A DNA stretch of 61,866 nucleotides, counting the filler, from Squatina squatina (lineage: Eukaryota): NCBI GenBank assembly GCA_031763465.1. It is 4 parts of 4 records of this genome, joined end to end, with 100 filler letters (N's around TTAATTAATTAA, not from the genome) between each part and the next. Parts side by side here need not be neighbours in the genome. Positions count along the whole stretch, not along the records: positions 48,889 to 61,866 come from JARFOE010000001.1; 3 more parts are not named here. One strand, written 5' to 3'. The position numbers and the translations under genes are program-made. Below the pieces are notes generated by a model. The model did not search any database. It saw only the letters and a program-made list of their open reading frames with translations, and had not been told where the DNA came from. Of the stretch, positions 49,946 to 61,866 are shown piece by piece (the stretch's first letter is position 1; every line of letters begins with the position of its first letter).

Positions 49946-50539
49946 TGAGGNNNNNNNNNNNNNNNNNNNNNNNNNNNNNNNNNNNNNNNNNNNNNNNNNN
50001 NNNNNNNNNNNNNNNNNNNNNNNNNNNNNNNNNNNNNNNNNNNNNNNNNNGATTTATAACAGCTACTTCATTACCTTCAAATGTTAAGACAGACAGGACT
50101 AAAATCTTTTTTCATGTTTTGCCGAACACATCTCCTCCTGGGAGCCTATTAAACTATCAATATGTCACATCTCTCTTGTAAAAGGGCAGGAGAGAGTCAC
50201 ACAAAGCTCTTTTCATCCTCAGGGGGACAACATCACAGTTGCTCTCTCCTTCATTCTCTAACATCTTGTGACATACCTTCATACAAATGCATAATGTATA
50301 AATCAGCGGCACTAAAGACAGTGATCAGGGCCTTTTCCAACCGACATTTGTCATATTTATGGATTAACACACATTAGTTCTTTCAGCCCTGCAAGGTCAG
50401 ATGACTCGTAAAGAGACTGTTTGGCAAGATGAAAGTGTTTAAGACAAAGCGATCCTTTATAAAAACATTATCAGACTTGTCCCCCTTCAACTATTTTGGA
50501 TGCCCAATAGTGCCGTGTCTGTCACACGGCAGCTTCAAA

Positions 50540-50805
50540 CTCACCGAGAATAGTGGCGAGAGTGGAGCTGGTGGGGGATAGAGTGGAGCCCGGGAATAAA
50601 CAGCCAAGACGAGAGAGAGAGAGAGACCCAAGCTCACCGAGAGTAGCGGTGAGAGGGGACCTGGTCAGGAGCCCAGGAATAAAGAGCCAAGGAGAGAGAG
50701 AGAGAAGCTCAAATTCACTGAGAGCAGCAGCTAGAGCAGTGCACAGGCAGAGTTCGAAATGTGACGTCAGGAATAAAAAGTGACGTTGGCACAGGGGAAC
50801 GAGCT
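50540..50805 (+). mobile_element. Probable CR1 5' UTR with internal direct repeats
   Basis: Repeated GAGCCCrGGAATAAAsAGCCAAG-(GA)n-AGCTCA units and GTGACGT boxes; similar boxes lie upstream of the CR1 ORF1 at about 57300-57335. Confidence 0.5.
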
Positions 50806-51734
50806 NNNNNNNNNNNNNNNNNNNNNNNNNNNNNNNNNNNNNNNNNNNNNNNNNNNNNNNNNNNNNNNNNNNNNNNNNNNNNNNNNNNNNNNNNNNNNNN
50901 NNNNNAACCTGATCAATCTTCTGTGTGTTAAGCTTATAGGGCTGTAATATCTATGCTTGTATGTTACAAATAATACAATACTGGACATTAAAAGCATAAA
51001 GCAGATGTGTTCCTTCTGTTTGGTGTAGTATGAAGCACAACATGTAACTTCAATGGCCTTTTATTTATTTTTCAATTATACTAATAACTGACAGTATTAG
51101 GATATTAGAATTGTGCTTTCAAGGAAAAACTGAAACCTTATTTATTGTGTGGGCGTTGGCGATAACTCCACAGCCCTGAAGCCTGGTGATTAACTGTACT
51201 GAGAACAGAAGTGGCAACTAATCGTACTTTTAACTTTTAACGGTTCTGGAAACCAACTCAACAAGCAAACCCGTAGAATAAATAGACTGTCGCGCTGCCG
51301 ACACGACGTTAATTGGGAATTGTTTCACTGGGACAAGGTGCTTGTGAAGCGACTCCTTAACGTTACTGAGTGGCCCCCACGTCACTCTCTGGCAGTGCTG
51401 TGATAGCCAGTAGATAGTGAATGATGTGTTAGAGTGGAACATGACAGTGGATGATGTAGAATTTTGATTTGCCTGAACCGTAGATGACTAATNNNNNNNN
51501 NNNNNNNNNNNNNNNNNNNNNNNNNNNNNNNNNNNNNNNNNNNNNNNNNNNNNNNNNNNNNNNNNNNNNNNNNNNNNNNNNNNNNNNNNNNNGGTCAAAT
51601 AGCTCAACTCTCTGTCCGCAAATGTCCATTTCCCGGGGATGCAGTGGATCTGTTTTTGCACACATTGAAACCCAAAACTTGCATGGCATTGACGGCCACG
51701 TATGCGATCATAGGCTCTGGAAAATCTGGGCCAA

Positions 51735-51810
51735 AGTTAACTTTGTTTCTCTCTCCACAGTTGCTGCCTGACCCGCTGAGTATTTGCATAATTTTCTGTT
51801 TTTATTTCAT
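51735..51810 (+). mobile_element. Penelope-like element terminal fragment
   Basis: TCTCTCCACAG.TGCTGCCTGACC.GCTGAGTATTT, same as the 3' end of 60060-60435. Confidence 0.7.
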
Positions 51811-53529
51811 TTCTAATTTCATCTTCCGATGTCATGTCCATCTGATCCGTCTCCCTGGTAAACACTGAAGCAAAATAATAATTTAATATTTCACTATCGC
51901 TGCCTGTGATTTTCCAGACTTTTTAAAAAATTTATGTGCGTTAGAGCTGTACATCAAGAGCCTGCCCAATAGCGTAGGCCAGCGCAGCATAAAAGCTCCT
52001 GAAATTAGAGTGCGAGTGGTCCCTTTGAGGTGGGAATCCTGATTCTCCTCAGGAGCGCCGATAATTTCCACATCACATAGCTGTGTGGATCAAATAGGTT
52101 AAGGGGGAAGCTACTAGTCCTCGGGACTTTTTTTCTGATTGGTTCAAAATATATCACACATCAAATCTGTCATGGAATCTTCTACAGAGAGCTAGCATTT
52201 GATAGCAGGAATCCAGCTGTGTTATTGGCCTCGTAATGTATTGAGTGTTAACATGTACATTGGAGGTATGCAGTGGGTAGCAGGGAATGCTTGTATTTTG
52301 AGTAAAGCTACTCGAAGTCTGTTATGGATGATCAAAGTATTCATTATCGTGCGGATTCCGTATATGGTAAGGAAAGTGCAGTTTCAGGAGGTTGTGTCTC
52401 TCCGTTCAACAAACTTGGGTCTGTTTGCCTCAAATGCAACCTAAAGAAAGGCCTGGAACAATGTCCACGCCAACTCTCAGTACCTGAATCATTACAAGGC
52501 CTATAACACAACTGCATTCCTGTTCCCAAATGCGGGCTCTTGATGCACCTGACTGGAGTTCTTTTACATAATGAATGCATCCAATCAAACCTTGGTCGCG
52601 TAAAATTTGAAATGCGCTAGTATCACATGAATATATGACAGCTTAGTGCGAGTAATAACACAATCTTATTTGGTGCTCTCAATAACATTCCCAATTGGCA
52701 ACATAGTATATTCCCTGTGCTTTATCTATTGTACATTTACAAAGAGGTGTTATTTTTAACTAACTGTGACTCCCTGTGGTGCTGGAGAACTGGCCTGTCT
52801 GTTCCTATTAGTCAAGAGTGGTTTCTGCACCCCTTGATTTCATTGCGGACGCTTTTCTTCCTAAGCTACACGCATCCCAATGGGATAAGCCTTTGAACAA
52901 GTTGGTTTTGAGACACCAATTTGTAAATATATTCTATGAAAGAAAGCTTTAAAAAAATAACCTGTCAAGCTATCTTTTCAAGAATCTCAGCAATAGCTAA
53001 TTATACAATCATGCATCTAAGCACGAGATCTATGCAGTGCTGATAAACACTGCAACCTTTCATGCCCAGCTAGCATTGACTGTCATTTCCTGACAACCTT
53101 TCTTTTGCGACGCTGAATGTGAGCAGAGTCAAATAACTGTGGTGGTATTGTGCGGATATGAAAGGCATGGATCAAAATAAAGACCTGTTTTTCGGGATTT
53201 AAAAAATAAATAAGCAAATAATAGCTGGGAACATCTTACCCTGTGGGTATGTACTCTGGAAAAATAGATACAAAGGAATTGGCACAATGTTTTGTCATTG
53301 CTGCATCTTCCGTCCCACGCCAGCAAAATATCCAACTGATGTGGAGATTTTCAGTTTCAGTTTACTGATTTTAAGTCAGTACTATGTTTCAGTGAAAATA
53401 TTCAAGAGAGACGCCAGAAATTGAGGTGAATACAAAACTGAACTGAATACCAAACTCCCCCAATTTGATTGAATTCTGGTCATCTAAATTTTCCAAATTA
53501 TGGGACAACAGTCTTAAAGGAGAAGCTAG

Positions 53530-53887
53530 TAACAGCAACAACTTTCATTTGATGTCGTAAAATCTCTTCACTGGAGCGTTATGAAACAAAATTTGACACC
53601 AAGCTAAAAAAGGAGATATTAGGGCCGGTGACCAAAAATTTGGATAAAGAGTTAGGTCTTAAGGAGCGTCTTAAAGGAGGAGAAAGAGGTAGAGAGGCGG
53701 AGAGGTTCAGAAAGGGAATTAAGGAGCTTATGGTGCTACGCAGCAGAAGGCACAGCTGTCAGTGGTGGAGTGGTGAAAACCAAGGATGCAGAGGAGGTCA
53801 GAATTGGAGGAACACAGAGATTTCGGAGGGTTGTGGGGCTGGAGGAAGTTACAGAGGTAAGGAGGGGTGAGGATACGGAGGGATTTG
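53530..53887 (-). mobile_element. L2-like LINE 3' end
   Basis: Matches 21405-21780. Confidence 0.75.
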
Positions 53888-53987
53888 NNNNNNNNNNNNN
53901 NNNNNNNNNNNNNNNNNNNNNNNNNNNNNNNNNNNNNNNNNNNNNNNNNNNNNNNNNNNNNNNNNNNNNNNNNNNNNNNNNNNNNNN

Positions 53988-54066
53988 CTGAAACATTAAC
54001 TCTGTTTCTCTCTCCACAGATGCTGCCTGACCTGCTGAGTATTTCCAACATTTTCTGTTTTTATTT
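53988..54066 (+). mobile_element. Penelope-like terminal fragment
   Basis: CTGAAACATTAACTCTGTTTCTCTCTCCACAGATGCTGCCTGACCTGCTGAGTATTTCC. Confidence 0.75.
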
Positions 54067-54539
54067 TGGATTATTCCGTATACTTTTAGTCATCTCTCCT
54101 CCAAAGCAGTGGGGATAAGAGGAACGAGTAATTTGGGGGACTCAAAAACACTTAGAAGCTCACAGGAGGGTTCTTGTTGTAGGAAAGACAAATTAAGAAC
54201 AGGAGTAATGTAGCTCTTTAAAATGCGGAGAAGCAAAGATAATCGCGATATAAAAGAGGATTTTTTTTCAGCATAAGGACACGAGTACAAAATTGGAAAC
54301 CCTCAAGCGTGACTAGGAAATAGGATTTTTTCACATCTATTAGATGTACAGAAGAGACAGGCTTGAGAAGTAGTTAACTTTTTTTAATAAGCGGAGTATA
54401 AACTAGTTATAAATGAAGTGAAGGTTATATGGATAAGTAAAGACACAGATGATCAGATGCTGAATAAAACAACATGGTTTCCATCTTATTTGGAACATGG
54501 GGCTGTCGTTTTTGGAAAGCAACATATCAGGATTGGAAT

Positions 54540-54637
54540 TAAAACAGAACATGCTGGAAACACTCAGCCAGTCAGGCAGCCTTTGTGGAGAGGGGAACAT
54601 TGGGTTAACATTTCAGATGGGTGACCTTTCATCAGAA
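54540..54637 (-). mobile_element. Penelope-like terminal fragment
   Basis: Reverse complement of the same terminal motif. Confidence 0.7.
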
Positions 54638-54879
54638 TGGGGGTGGCAGCTAGAGACAGTTGCTGAGAAAAGGGATGGGGCCGTGAATGAAGACACTTGA
54701 TCGCAAACACACATAGGAGACGGATAGTAATGAAGTTTGAGTGAGCTGGATAAAAATGACAAGCAAAAAGCCTGTCAAACAAAATAATAAGAACTTCTTC
54801 AAGGTGGGCATCTCTGGAAGAGGATTGGCAGTGAATTATCAAAAAAGCAAAACACCGCAACTGTTGGAAATTGGAAAGA

Positions 54880-54978
54880 AAAACAGCAAATGTCTGGAAA
54901 CGTTCAGCAGGTCAGGCAGCATATCTGTGGAGAGAAAAACAGAGTTAACATTTCAGGTCGATGACCCTTCGTCAGAAC
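54880..54978 (-). mobile_element. Penelope-like terminal fragment
   Basis: CAGCAGGTCAGGCAGCATATCTGTGGAGAG..GTTAACATTTCAGGTCGATGACC. Confidence 0.75.
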
Positions 54979-55889
54979 CTCAGGATTCAACAGTGTTAAG
55001 CTGGTATCCAAGGGGCAGATGTTCTGATTGGTGGTAACTACACACTTTTGGTGCCAAGCCATTAACAGTATATTTCCTGATATTTACATAATATCAGTTG
55101 TCTTTTAAGACATTCACCCATTTGAGATTATCTAAATTTACTGCACCAACAAGCAGAAATGATCCATTTGACCAGTGTTTATTGGGACGACCTGTCGCGT
55201 TGGTGCATTAAAAGGTGGGAAAAACACAGAAGGCTCACAGAAGATCACTGGGGATGAGCTGATAGTTCCTGTTACGCTGCGACAATGTTAAGCTTGCTTC
55301 CAGAGATCATAAGTGCTCCAATAGAAGACTTCTGAAATGCTTGGGCCAATGTTGTAATAGCGTTTTTATGTGATAAGAATTGTAGAGAAGTGCTGAAAAT
55401 GGATCTGAGGCTTAAAATATGTGTCCAGAATAATGTAGCATAAAATAACATATGCCCTGCGGCAGAATCAACAACATAACTCCAAGCCTTTGTGCTNNNN
55501 NNNNNNAATGTTAGCTGAAAATTTTATTATTCTGGAGCAGAGAGCCAGCAGACTGAAGTCATCTCAGCCATAGACTCTACTCAACCCAATTTAATTACTC
55601 AAGGAAAGGCTCCAGCAAAGATTTTCTATTCCGCAACAAAATGAACCAAAACTACAAAGTATCTAACCTCAGATCCAAGTGTTCAGATATCTTCCTCCTC
55701 ATCTCCGTTCCAGTTGCATTGATTTTAAGTTTTTTGCTTGTGTCCATTATGTTCATTGATGCTTTTCTTCCTCTACCTCTTTTCTTGTTCCATTCGTTCT
55801 CCTAAATGACTAAGGCACCCAACGATAGTGCTTACATTGGTTTGCCAGCAATACCACGACTCAACTCCCAGCAGTCAGTCCAGCAATGA

Positions 55890-56130
55890 CGATGCAGCTG
55901 AATGAATTCACTCCGCTGTTGTTGGTCCTGAACTAGCCCGGCTGCTTCAGGCACCAGTATCCCTTTCTGTGATAAGTCAGTCTTGACATTGTCTACCCAG
56001 TGCTTCCTTGGCCTTCCTCAGCTTCTTGTTCCGTGCACCACTGAACGCAGAGCCATGAAAATTATTCCATCTGTTTCCATTCTTGAATGGTGCCCCAAGC
56101 CATCGCAGTTGTCTTTCTTGGACCTTCTGT
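55890..56130 (-). mobile_element. Old RTE-clade LINE C-terminal fragment
   Basis: KVQERQLRWLGHHSRM..VHGTRS*GRPRKHWVDNVKTDL pattern with a frameshift and a stop. Confidence 0.75.
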
Positions 56131-56212
56131 CGGCTGTTTTGTAAATGTTGGAAATTTGAAATCAAGCCAGAAAATGATGAAAAGACACAGGACAGGTTAA
56201 AGTTTCAGGGAT

Positions 56213-56460
56213 AAAAATGCTGGTAATACTCAGCAGGTCAGGTAGCATCTATGGTGAGAGCAACAGAGTTAATGTTTCAGGTCGATGACCTTTTGACAGA
56301 ACTGGAAAAAGTTAGAGATGTAGCAGGTTTTAGATACCCTGGTACAGACCTTCCCTTTTGTTCTTTCCTCCCCTCCCCCTGCACTTGCTTAAAACTTGTT
56401 ACATCTCTAACTTTTTCCAGTTCTGATGACACGTCATTTACCTGAAACGTTAACCCTGTT
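56213..56460. mobile_element. Penelope-like termini in inverted arrangement
   Basis: ~70-nt arms 56262-56332 and 56390-56460 are reverse complements. Confidence 0.8.
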
Positions 56461-56605
56461 CAGGGGCGTCGAGAGCCAGCACGGGCCCTGGGCAAACAAC
56501 CTCGCNNNNNNNNNNNNNNNNNNNNNNNNNNNNNNNNNNNNNNNNNNNNNNNNNNNNNNNNNNNNNNNNNNNNNNNNNNNNNNNNNNNNNNNNNNNNNNN
56601 NNNNN

Positions 56606-57347
56606 TGGAGTCTCGTTTGCAGCTGCAGAAATGCCTGTCTGTTCCCCTTACAATGGAATCCCCGATCACTATAGCCCTCCCACGCTTTTTCCTCCCCTCC
56701 TGTGCAGCAGAGCCACCCGTGGTGCCACGAACTTGGCTGCTACTGCCTTCCCCTGAGAAGCCATCTCCCCCAACAATATCCAAAGCGGGATATCTGTTAG
56801 AGAGGGGGATGGCCACAGGGGATTCCTGCATTACCTGCCTTCTTCTACTCTGCCTGGTGGTTACCCAGTCCCTTCCTGCCTGTGCAGCCTTTATCTGTGC
56901 TGTGTGACCACATCACTAAACGTGCTATCCATGTACATCTCAGCTTCGTGGGTGCTCCACGGTGTATCCATCTGCAGCTCTAGTGCCACAATATGGCTAG
57001 CCAGTAGCTGTAGCTGGATACACCTCCTGCACACATGGTTGCCACGGACTCTGGAAGTGTCCCTGATTTCCCACACAGCGCAGGAGGAGCATCCCATGGG
57101 CTTGAGCTCTCCTGCCATGAATTTACCTATAAATTACTCGAAATTAAATTAAAGACTACTAATTACACTAGGGCCTTATTCCACTCTCAACACTCCTCCC
57201 CACAATCGAAGGACCATGTTTTTATTTTAGCTTAAGCTACCAAGCTTCAAAAGTAGTGGAAATACTCACCTGATCCTACTTACCAATCAGCTGCCTCTGC
57301 TGCGTCGCGTCACTTTCTGAATCGTGACATCACTTCTGGAATGCCAC
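56606..57347 (-). mobile_element. CR1 LINE 5' end: 5' UTR plus frameshifted ORF1 (zinc finger/leucine zipper, start of SGNH esterase)
   Basis: MAGELKPMGCSSCAVWE..HVCRRCIQLQLL..LELQMD and IPLSNRYPALD..RAIVIGDSIVRGTDRHFC motifs. Confidence 0.88.
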
Positions 57348-57489
57348 NNNNNNNNNNNNNNNNNNNNNNNNNNNNNNNNNNNNNNNNNNNNNNNNNNNNN
57401 NNNNNNNNNNNNNNNNNNNNNNNNNNNNNNNNNNNNNNNNNNNNNNNCGAGGAATCATTAACAGGAGGCACAAACGACGCAAATTTCTC

Positions 57490-57600
57490 CCCCTAAAAGG
57501 AAGCCATTTGGCCCATTGGGGCTGTGCCAGCTCTTTGAAAGAGCGACCCAAACAGTCCCACTCCCCTGCTCGTTCCCCATAGCCCTGCAAATTGATGATC
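57490..57600 (-). mobile_element. CR1-type 3' tail
   Basis: GCCATTTGGCCCAT..GTGCCAGCTCTTTGAAAGAGC..TCCCCATAGCCCTGCAAATT. Confidence 0.7.
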
Positions 57601-58413
57601 CTCACACATTGTTCCTCTGAGCATGAAGCAACGATAACCAATATATAAGCTGTACAGGCAACGTATGTCATGAGGTAAGTGGAAGATTCCAAAGCGAAAA
57701 TTGGTTTGCATAAAAATAAACAATATGGTGTGTGTGCAGGTGTGTGTGTGGGCAGGAAGCGAATGATATATGTCCATGAACTGCATTGGCCTGAAGGGCA
57801 CATTTAATACGACAATTGGATGGCCAAGTTGCAATATATTACGGAGGATTTTAGAAAGGTTTGCTCCAGTACCTTTCACCTACAATGTCAACAGAAGCAG
57901 ATTAAAGGCATGCCATTTGTAACCCAAGTTAATTCCAAATGCACTGATGTCTTATAACACAAATGCCATATGTGCACACCAGATATCCTTGTTCAACATG
58001 ACTCGATCGCAGTGGGTATTCATGCTAATGTAACATTTCCATTGAGCTTTGATGCTTTATTAGATTAAGTATGTCAGTGAAAAATGTAAATATTTGAGAG
58101 TAAAATCATGTTTAAAAAAAAAACAATGGCCTTTAATATTCACAAGCAAACTTCTGATTCTTTCCACTTAGTACTGACGAATGTAAACACATAGATCAGA
58201 GCTGCTGTTGGCAAGACAGAGCCACTTGTAAAAAGATTCAAATGAGATCTGATGATGATGAACATGAAATTATTTTTTAAACAGATTTGGAGCATAATGT
58301 TATGAAATGTGAAGAGACAAGAATTGGGTTCACCATCTACTATTTAGAATCTTATTAGAGCGACATTATAAACGAGAATCTTCGAACGGCATAACAGCAG
58401 GAATACAAACAAA

Positions 58414-58475
58414 AATTGCTGGAAAAACTCAGCAGGTCAGGCAGCATCTGTGGAGAGAAAAACAGAGTCAACGTT
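58414..58475 (-). mobile_element. Penelope-like terminal fragment
   Basis: GCTGGAAAAACTCAGCAGGTCAGGCAGCATCTGTGGAGAG, ending at a gap. Confidence 0.72.
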
Positions 58476-59279
58476 NNNNNNNNNNNNNNNNNNNNNNNNN
58501 NNNNNNNNNNNNNNNNNNNNNNNNNNNNNNNNNNNNNNNNNNNNNNNNNNNNNNNNNNNNNNNNNNNNNNNNNNNATTCTTGTCACACTGCTGCCAGTCT
58601 GCCTTCAGCGCACTTCCAACAGAACCTTTGCACTTAAGTTCTGCAGCCGCACTCTTCCTATTGTACAAGTGCTTAATCCCTATTTTACCACAGTGTGTCA
58701 ATGTAGGCAAACAGCACAATTGGCCTAACTGCGACCACTAATGTTATTTGGATGATGAATGTGGGTACTTGGCTCACATTTACTGGCTGAATGCTACAGT
58801 GTGATCTACTGCTTTTTCACATTTTAATTTTCTGCTGTTTTTACGTTAAGTCATCCAATGAAAAGTTAGATGTAATCATGCAAATGAAACAACTTAAGCA
58901 CAAGAAAATGAGGCACTTGACCTTTGTTAATGAGTCAAGTATTATTCCTGCTGTTGATAACAGAATCAAAGAGGCATGTAGAATCCCACTAAAGTGTAAG
59001 GCATGTCTTCAAGAGCAGGGGCTAAATATTTTAAAGCGTTTCCGAAAAGGAAAGAGAGAATTCTTCACTCAAAAGCCTGGAATTTCCTCCTGCGGCAGTG
59101 TTCCCACTTGAAGCGAGGCTTCTGCGCGTTGCTATGCCTTNNNNNNNNNNNNNNNNNNNNNNNNNNNNNNNNNNNNNNNNNNNNNNNNNNNNNNNNNNNN
59201 NNNNNNNNNNNNNNNNNNNNNNNNNNNNNNNNNNNNNNNNTTTGGTTTGCTTTTTTAATGGCCTTATTAACCAGCGTTG

Positions 59280-59745
59280 CTATTTTTAGTGATTTTTATA
59301 CTAAGAGATACCTTTGCTCTTCAACCCCATTTAGATTCTTATTTTCCTATATGTGACCTCCTTATTTTTTCTTACCAAAAGGCAATAACTTACATTTATG
59401 TGTTGAAATTAATTTACCAATTATATGCCCATTCGTCAACTTTATTAATGTCTTGTAATTTGTTGCAGTTCTCCTCAGTATTGACTATCCCCTCCGCCCC
59501 ACCCCAATTTGGTGTCATCTGCAAATTTAGAAATTGCATTTTTGACTCCAAAGTCTAATTCGTTAATACAAATTGTGAACATGGTCCCAGCACTTTCCAT
59601 CTTCTGCCACCTTGAATAGCTACCCTTAGCCCCAGCTCTCCAATTTCGGTCTTGAATCCAGCTAGCTATCCAATCTGCTACTTGCCTCGACTCTGCATTC
59701 ATTAGTCTGTATGTGGTACCTTATCGAAGGCCTTTTGGAAACCAA
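59280..59745 (-). mobile_element. CR1 reverse transcriptase fragment
   Basis: FQKAFDKVPH, WIASWIQDR and FTICINELDFGVKNAISKFADDTKLG motifs. Confidence 0.88.
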
Positions 59746-60059
59746 AATAAATTAAATTGCAATGGAGAGAAGTTTAAAAAAAAATCAGGAAGGCAAATAG
59801 GAACTATGAAATTAAATCATCAAGGAACGTAGAACAAACTAGTAAAATGTTCTACAGGCATAAATTTAAATAGGAAAATTGGGATGGGAATAGATCCACT
59901 AAGGGATGGACAGGATAAAATCGCAGGCACCGATAGTGAAATGGCATGTCATGCGCTCCCCTCCTATCCATATACTTTGTGTATGCCTCTTTCTTCACCC
60001 TCAATTTTTCCCTAATGTTTTTATTCATCCATAGTGTCTCATTTAACCTGATCTTCTGG

Positions 60060-60435
60060 TCATCTGTCACTAATTCTCTGCTTCATTCCCACTCTGATCT
60101 CTGACCATGGCCTCTTACACTGCTCCAATGAAGCTCAACGTAAGCTTGAGGAACAGCATCTTATCTTTCAATTAGGCACTTTACAGCCTTCCGGACGCAA
60201 CATCGAGTTCAACAATTTCAAACCTCTGCCCTATATTTTTTCCATTCAGTTCCCTTTTGTTCCTTCTCCCCTCCCCCTTTCCCCACCCCTGCAGCTGCTT
60301 AAAAACCTGCTATAATTCTAACTTTTTCCAGTTCTGACAAAGGGTCTTCGACCTGAAACGTTAACTGTTTCTCTCTCCACAGATGCTGCCTGACCTGCGA
60401 GTTTTTTTTCCAGCATCTGCAGTATTTCGCTTTTG
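60060..60435 (+). mobile_element. Penelope-like element 3' end (GIY-YIG endonuclease C-terminus plus terminal repeat)
   Basis: About 60109-60222 translates GLLHCSNEAQRKLEEQHLIFQLGTLQPSGRNIEFNNFK, matching the R...E..LI..L.TL.P.GLN end of PLE GIY-YIG domains; followed by the recurrent terminal motif. Confidence 0.82.
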
Positions 60436-60895
60436 TACAGCACTTTGCTGCCTCCCACACAACGCTTTGAAGATTACGAAAAGTACACTCGCTTCCATTC
60501 ATCAGTATAAAAGAAGTCCCTTTCTTCATTCAAACATTGGGAAGAGAAAGTTTTCGCTTCTATAAAAAAAAAGGAAACATTATAAAAAGGTGTCTCGGTA
60601 TTGAAGCAGCTGCACTGCAGCCAGATACTCAGTGAGCAGAGTGATGGAGAAGTCACAGGGAAATGTCAAGACTGGCTTCTGAGTTTCCTTTCCAGAGTCC
60701 CAGACTTCTTGGTCTGCTGTTCATACGACAAAGGTCACGGAGAAAGAATTGTGGGGGAACAGGGGTGGGGTAAGGGTCAGGTGCTGAATGAAACANNNNN
60801 NNNNNNNNNNNNNNNNNNNNNNNNNNNNNNNNNNNNNNNNNNNNNNNNNNNNNNNNNNNNNNNNNNNNNNNNNNNNNNNNNNNNNNNNNNNNNNN

Positions 60896-61015
60896 GAAGG
60901 GTCATCGACCTGAAACGTTGACTCTCTTTTTCTCTCCACAGATGATGCCTGACCTGCTGAGTTTTTCCAGCATTTTTTGTTTGTCTTCTAGATTCCAGCA
61001 TCCGCAGTACTTCGC
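60896..61015 (+). mobile_element. Penelope-like terminal fragment
   Basis: GGGTCATCGACCTGAAACGTTGACTCT..CCACAGATGATGCCTGACCTGCTGAG. Confidence 0.75.
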
Positions 61016-61504
61016 TTCTGAAAGGTGAGTCTAGATAGGGTGTAAATGGAGATGGCAGAATCATCAACAGCTCATAGGAAAGAGAAAAACAGAAAAAAAG
61101 AAATAATGTGCACATTGTTGAAGCTAAGCAGCATTAATGTATTTATTGTCACTTTTTTTCTTGTCTACTTTCCCTGTCATTCGCCTTCTCCAGACTCTCT
61201 CCACTTATAATTGGCACAGACCATCAGCCATCCGCCTGGATAAACTGGTGGTGGCAGTAATTTCACAGGGAGCTGTTAAAATCTAAATTTATAGTGTAGA
61301 GGACTCCCTTGATGCATGTTAAATATATATGAGTTGAGTATTTACATTTTTAGAAAATAAATCTGCTCAAGCCATTCAGTACAAACACTAATTTAGTTTG
61401 GCCTTTCACAGATTTTAATCTTGTACAGCTGGTGCAACATTGACTGTCTGTGTTTCATGCTTGCCAAGTAACGGAATGCACTGTCACACTAAAGAAGGTA
61501 TAAA

Positions 61505-61866
61505 GACCTGCGTTTCTAAAGCACCTTTCACAACTTCAGGACCTCCAGGGCACTTTCCAGCCAGTGAAGCACTTTTGAAGTACAGTCACTGTTGGAAACT
61601 TGGCAGCCAATTTGTGCAAATGGGGTTGACGTACTGAACAGCTATAATCTAATTGAATGGCGAACAGGCTCGAGGGGTGATTGATCTACTCCTTCCCCAA
61701 TGTTGTGAGAGATGTTATACACATGCCTTTCATAAGGTGTAGGCCATACAACCCTTCAAGCTTGCTCCATCATTCAATAAGATCATGGCTGATCTTCGAC
61801 CTCAACTACACTTTCCTGCCCGATCCCCATATCCCTTGATTTCCCTGAGAGTCCAAAAATCTACTT
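61505..61866. mobile_element. Cluster: DeuSINE tail (-, about 61505-61620) and CR1-type tails (about 61630-61866)
   Basis: GCACCTTTCACAACTTCAGGAC..CAGTGAAGCACTTTTGAAGT; GAATGGCGAACAGGCTCGAGGGG; TCAATAAGATCATGGCTGATCT..CCCATATCCCTTGAT. Confidence 0.7.

Noticed and set aside
1-61866. CRISPR arrays, operons, prokaryotic defence systems, tRNA/rRNA genes
   Set aside because: Sequence is vertebrate with spliceosomal introns; recurring repeats are dispersed transposon ends, not regularly spaced arrays; no structural RNA gene recognised.

Overview
Eukaryotic, AT-rich, repeat-rich genomic DNA, most likely from a cartilaginous fish (shark). This is inferred from vertebrate exons plus DeuSINE/SacSINE1-like, CR1, L2, RTE, Penelope and Harbinger repeats. 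The assembly is highly fragmented: many exactly-100-N gaps, and three artificial 44N-TTAATTAATTAA-44N linkers (15400-15499, 31918-32017, 48789-48888) split the window into four blocks whose adjacency cannot be trusted. Recognisable coding exons are a selectin C-type lectin exon (-, 17411-17803), the last exon of OSR2 (-, 19235-19417), two STK3/MST2 kinase exons (+, 22722-22836 and 28879-29043), and the last exon of ESRRG (-, 41378-41622) with its long 3' UTR. Most ORF-track entries are spurious or decayed transposon fragments. I found no convincing new biological system. The best leads are the conserved dual-frame OSR2 exon, an altered ligand-binding loop in the selectin, a SINE carrying an insert complementary to its own tail, an inverted-repeat-bounded contig, and an L-to-Q change in ESRRG helix 10. 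Comparisons to human proteins and repeat families are from memory, not database searches, and repeat boundaries are approximate.
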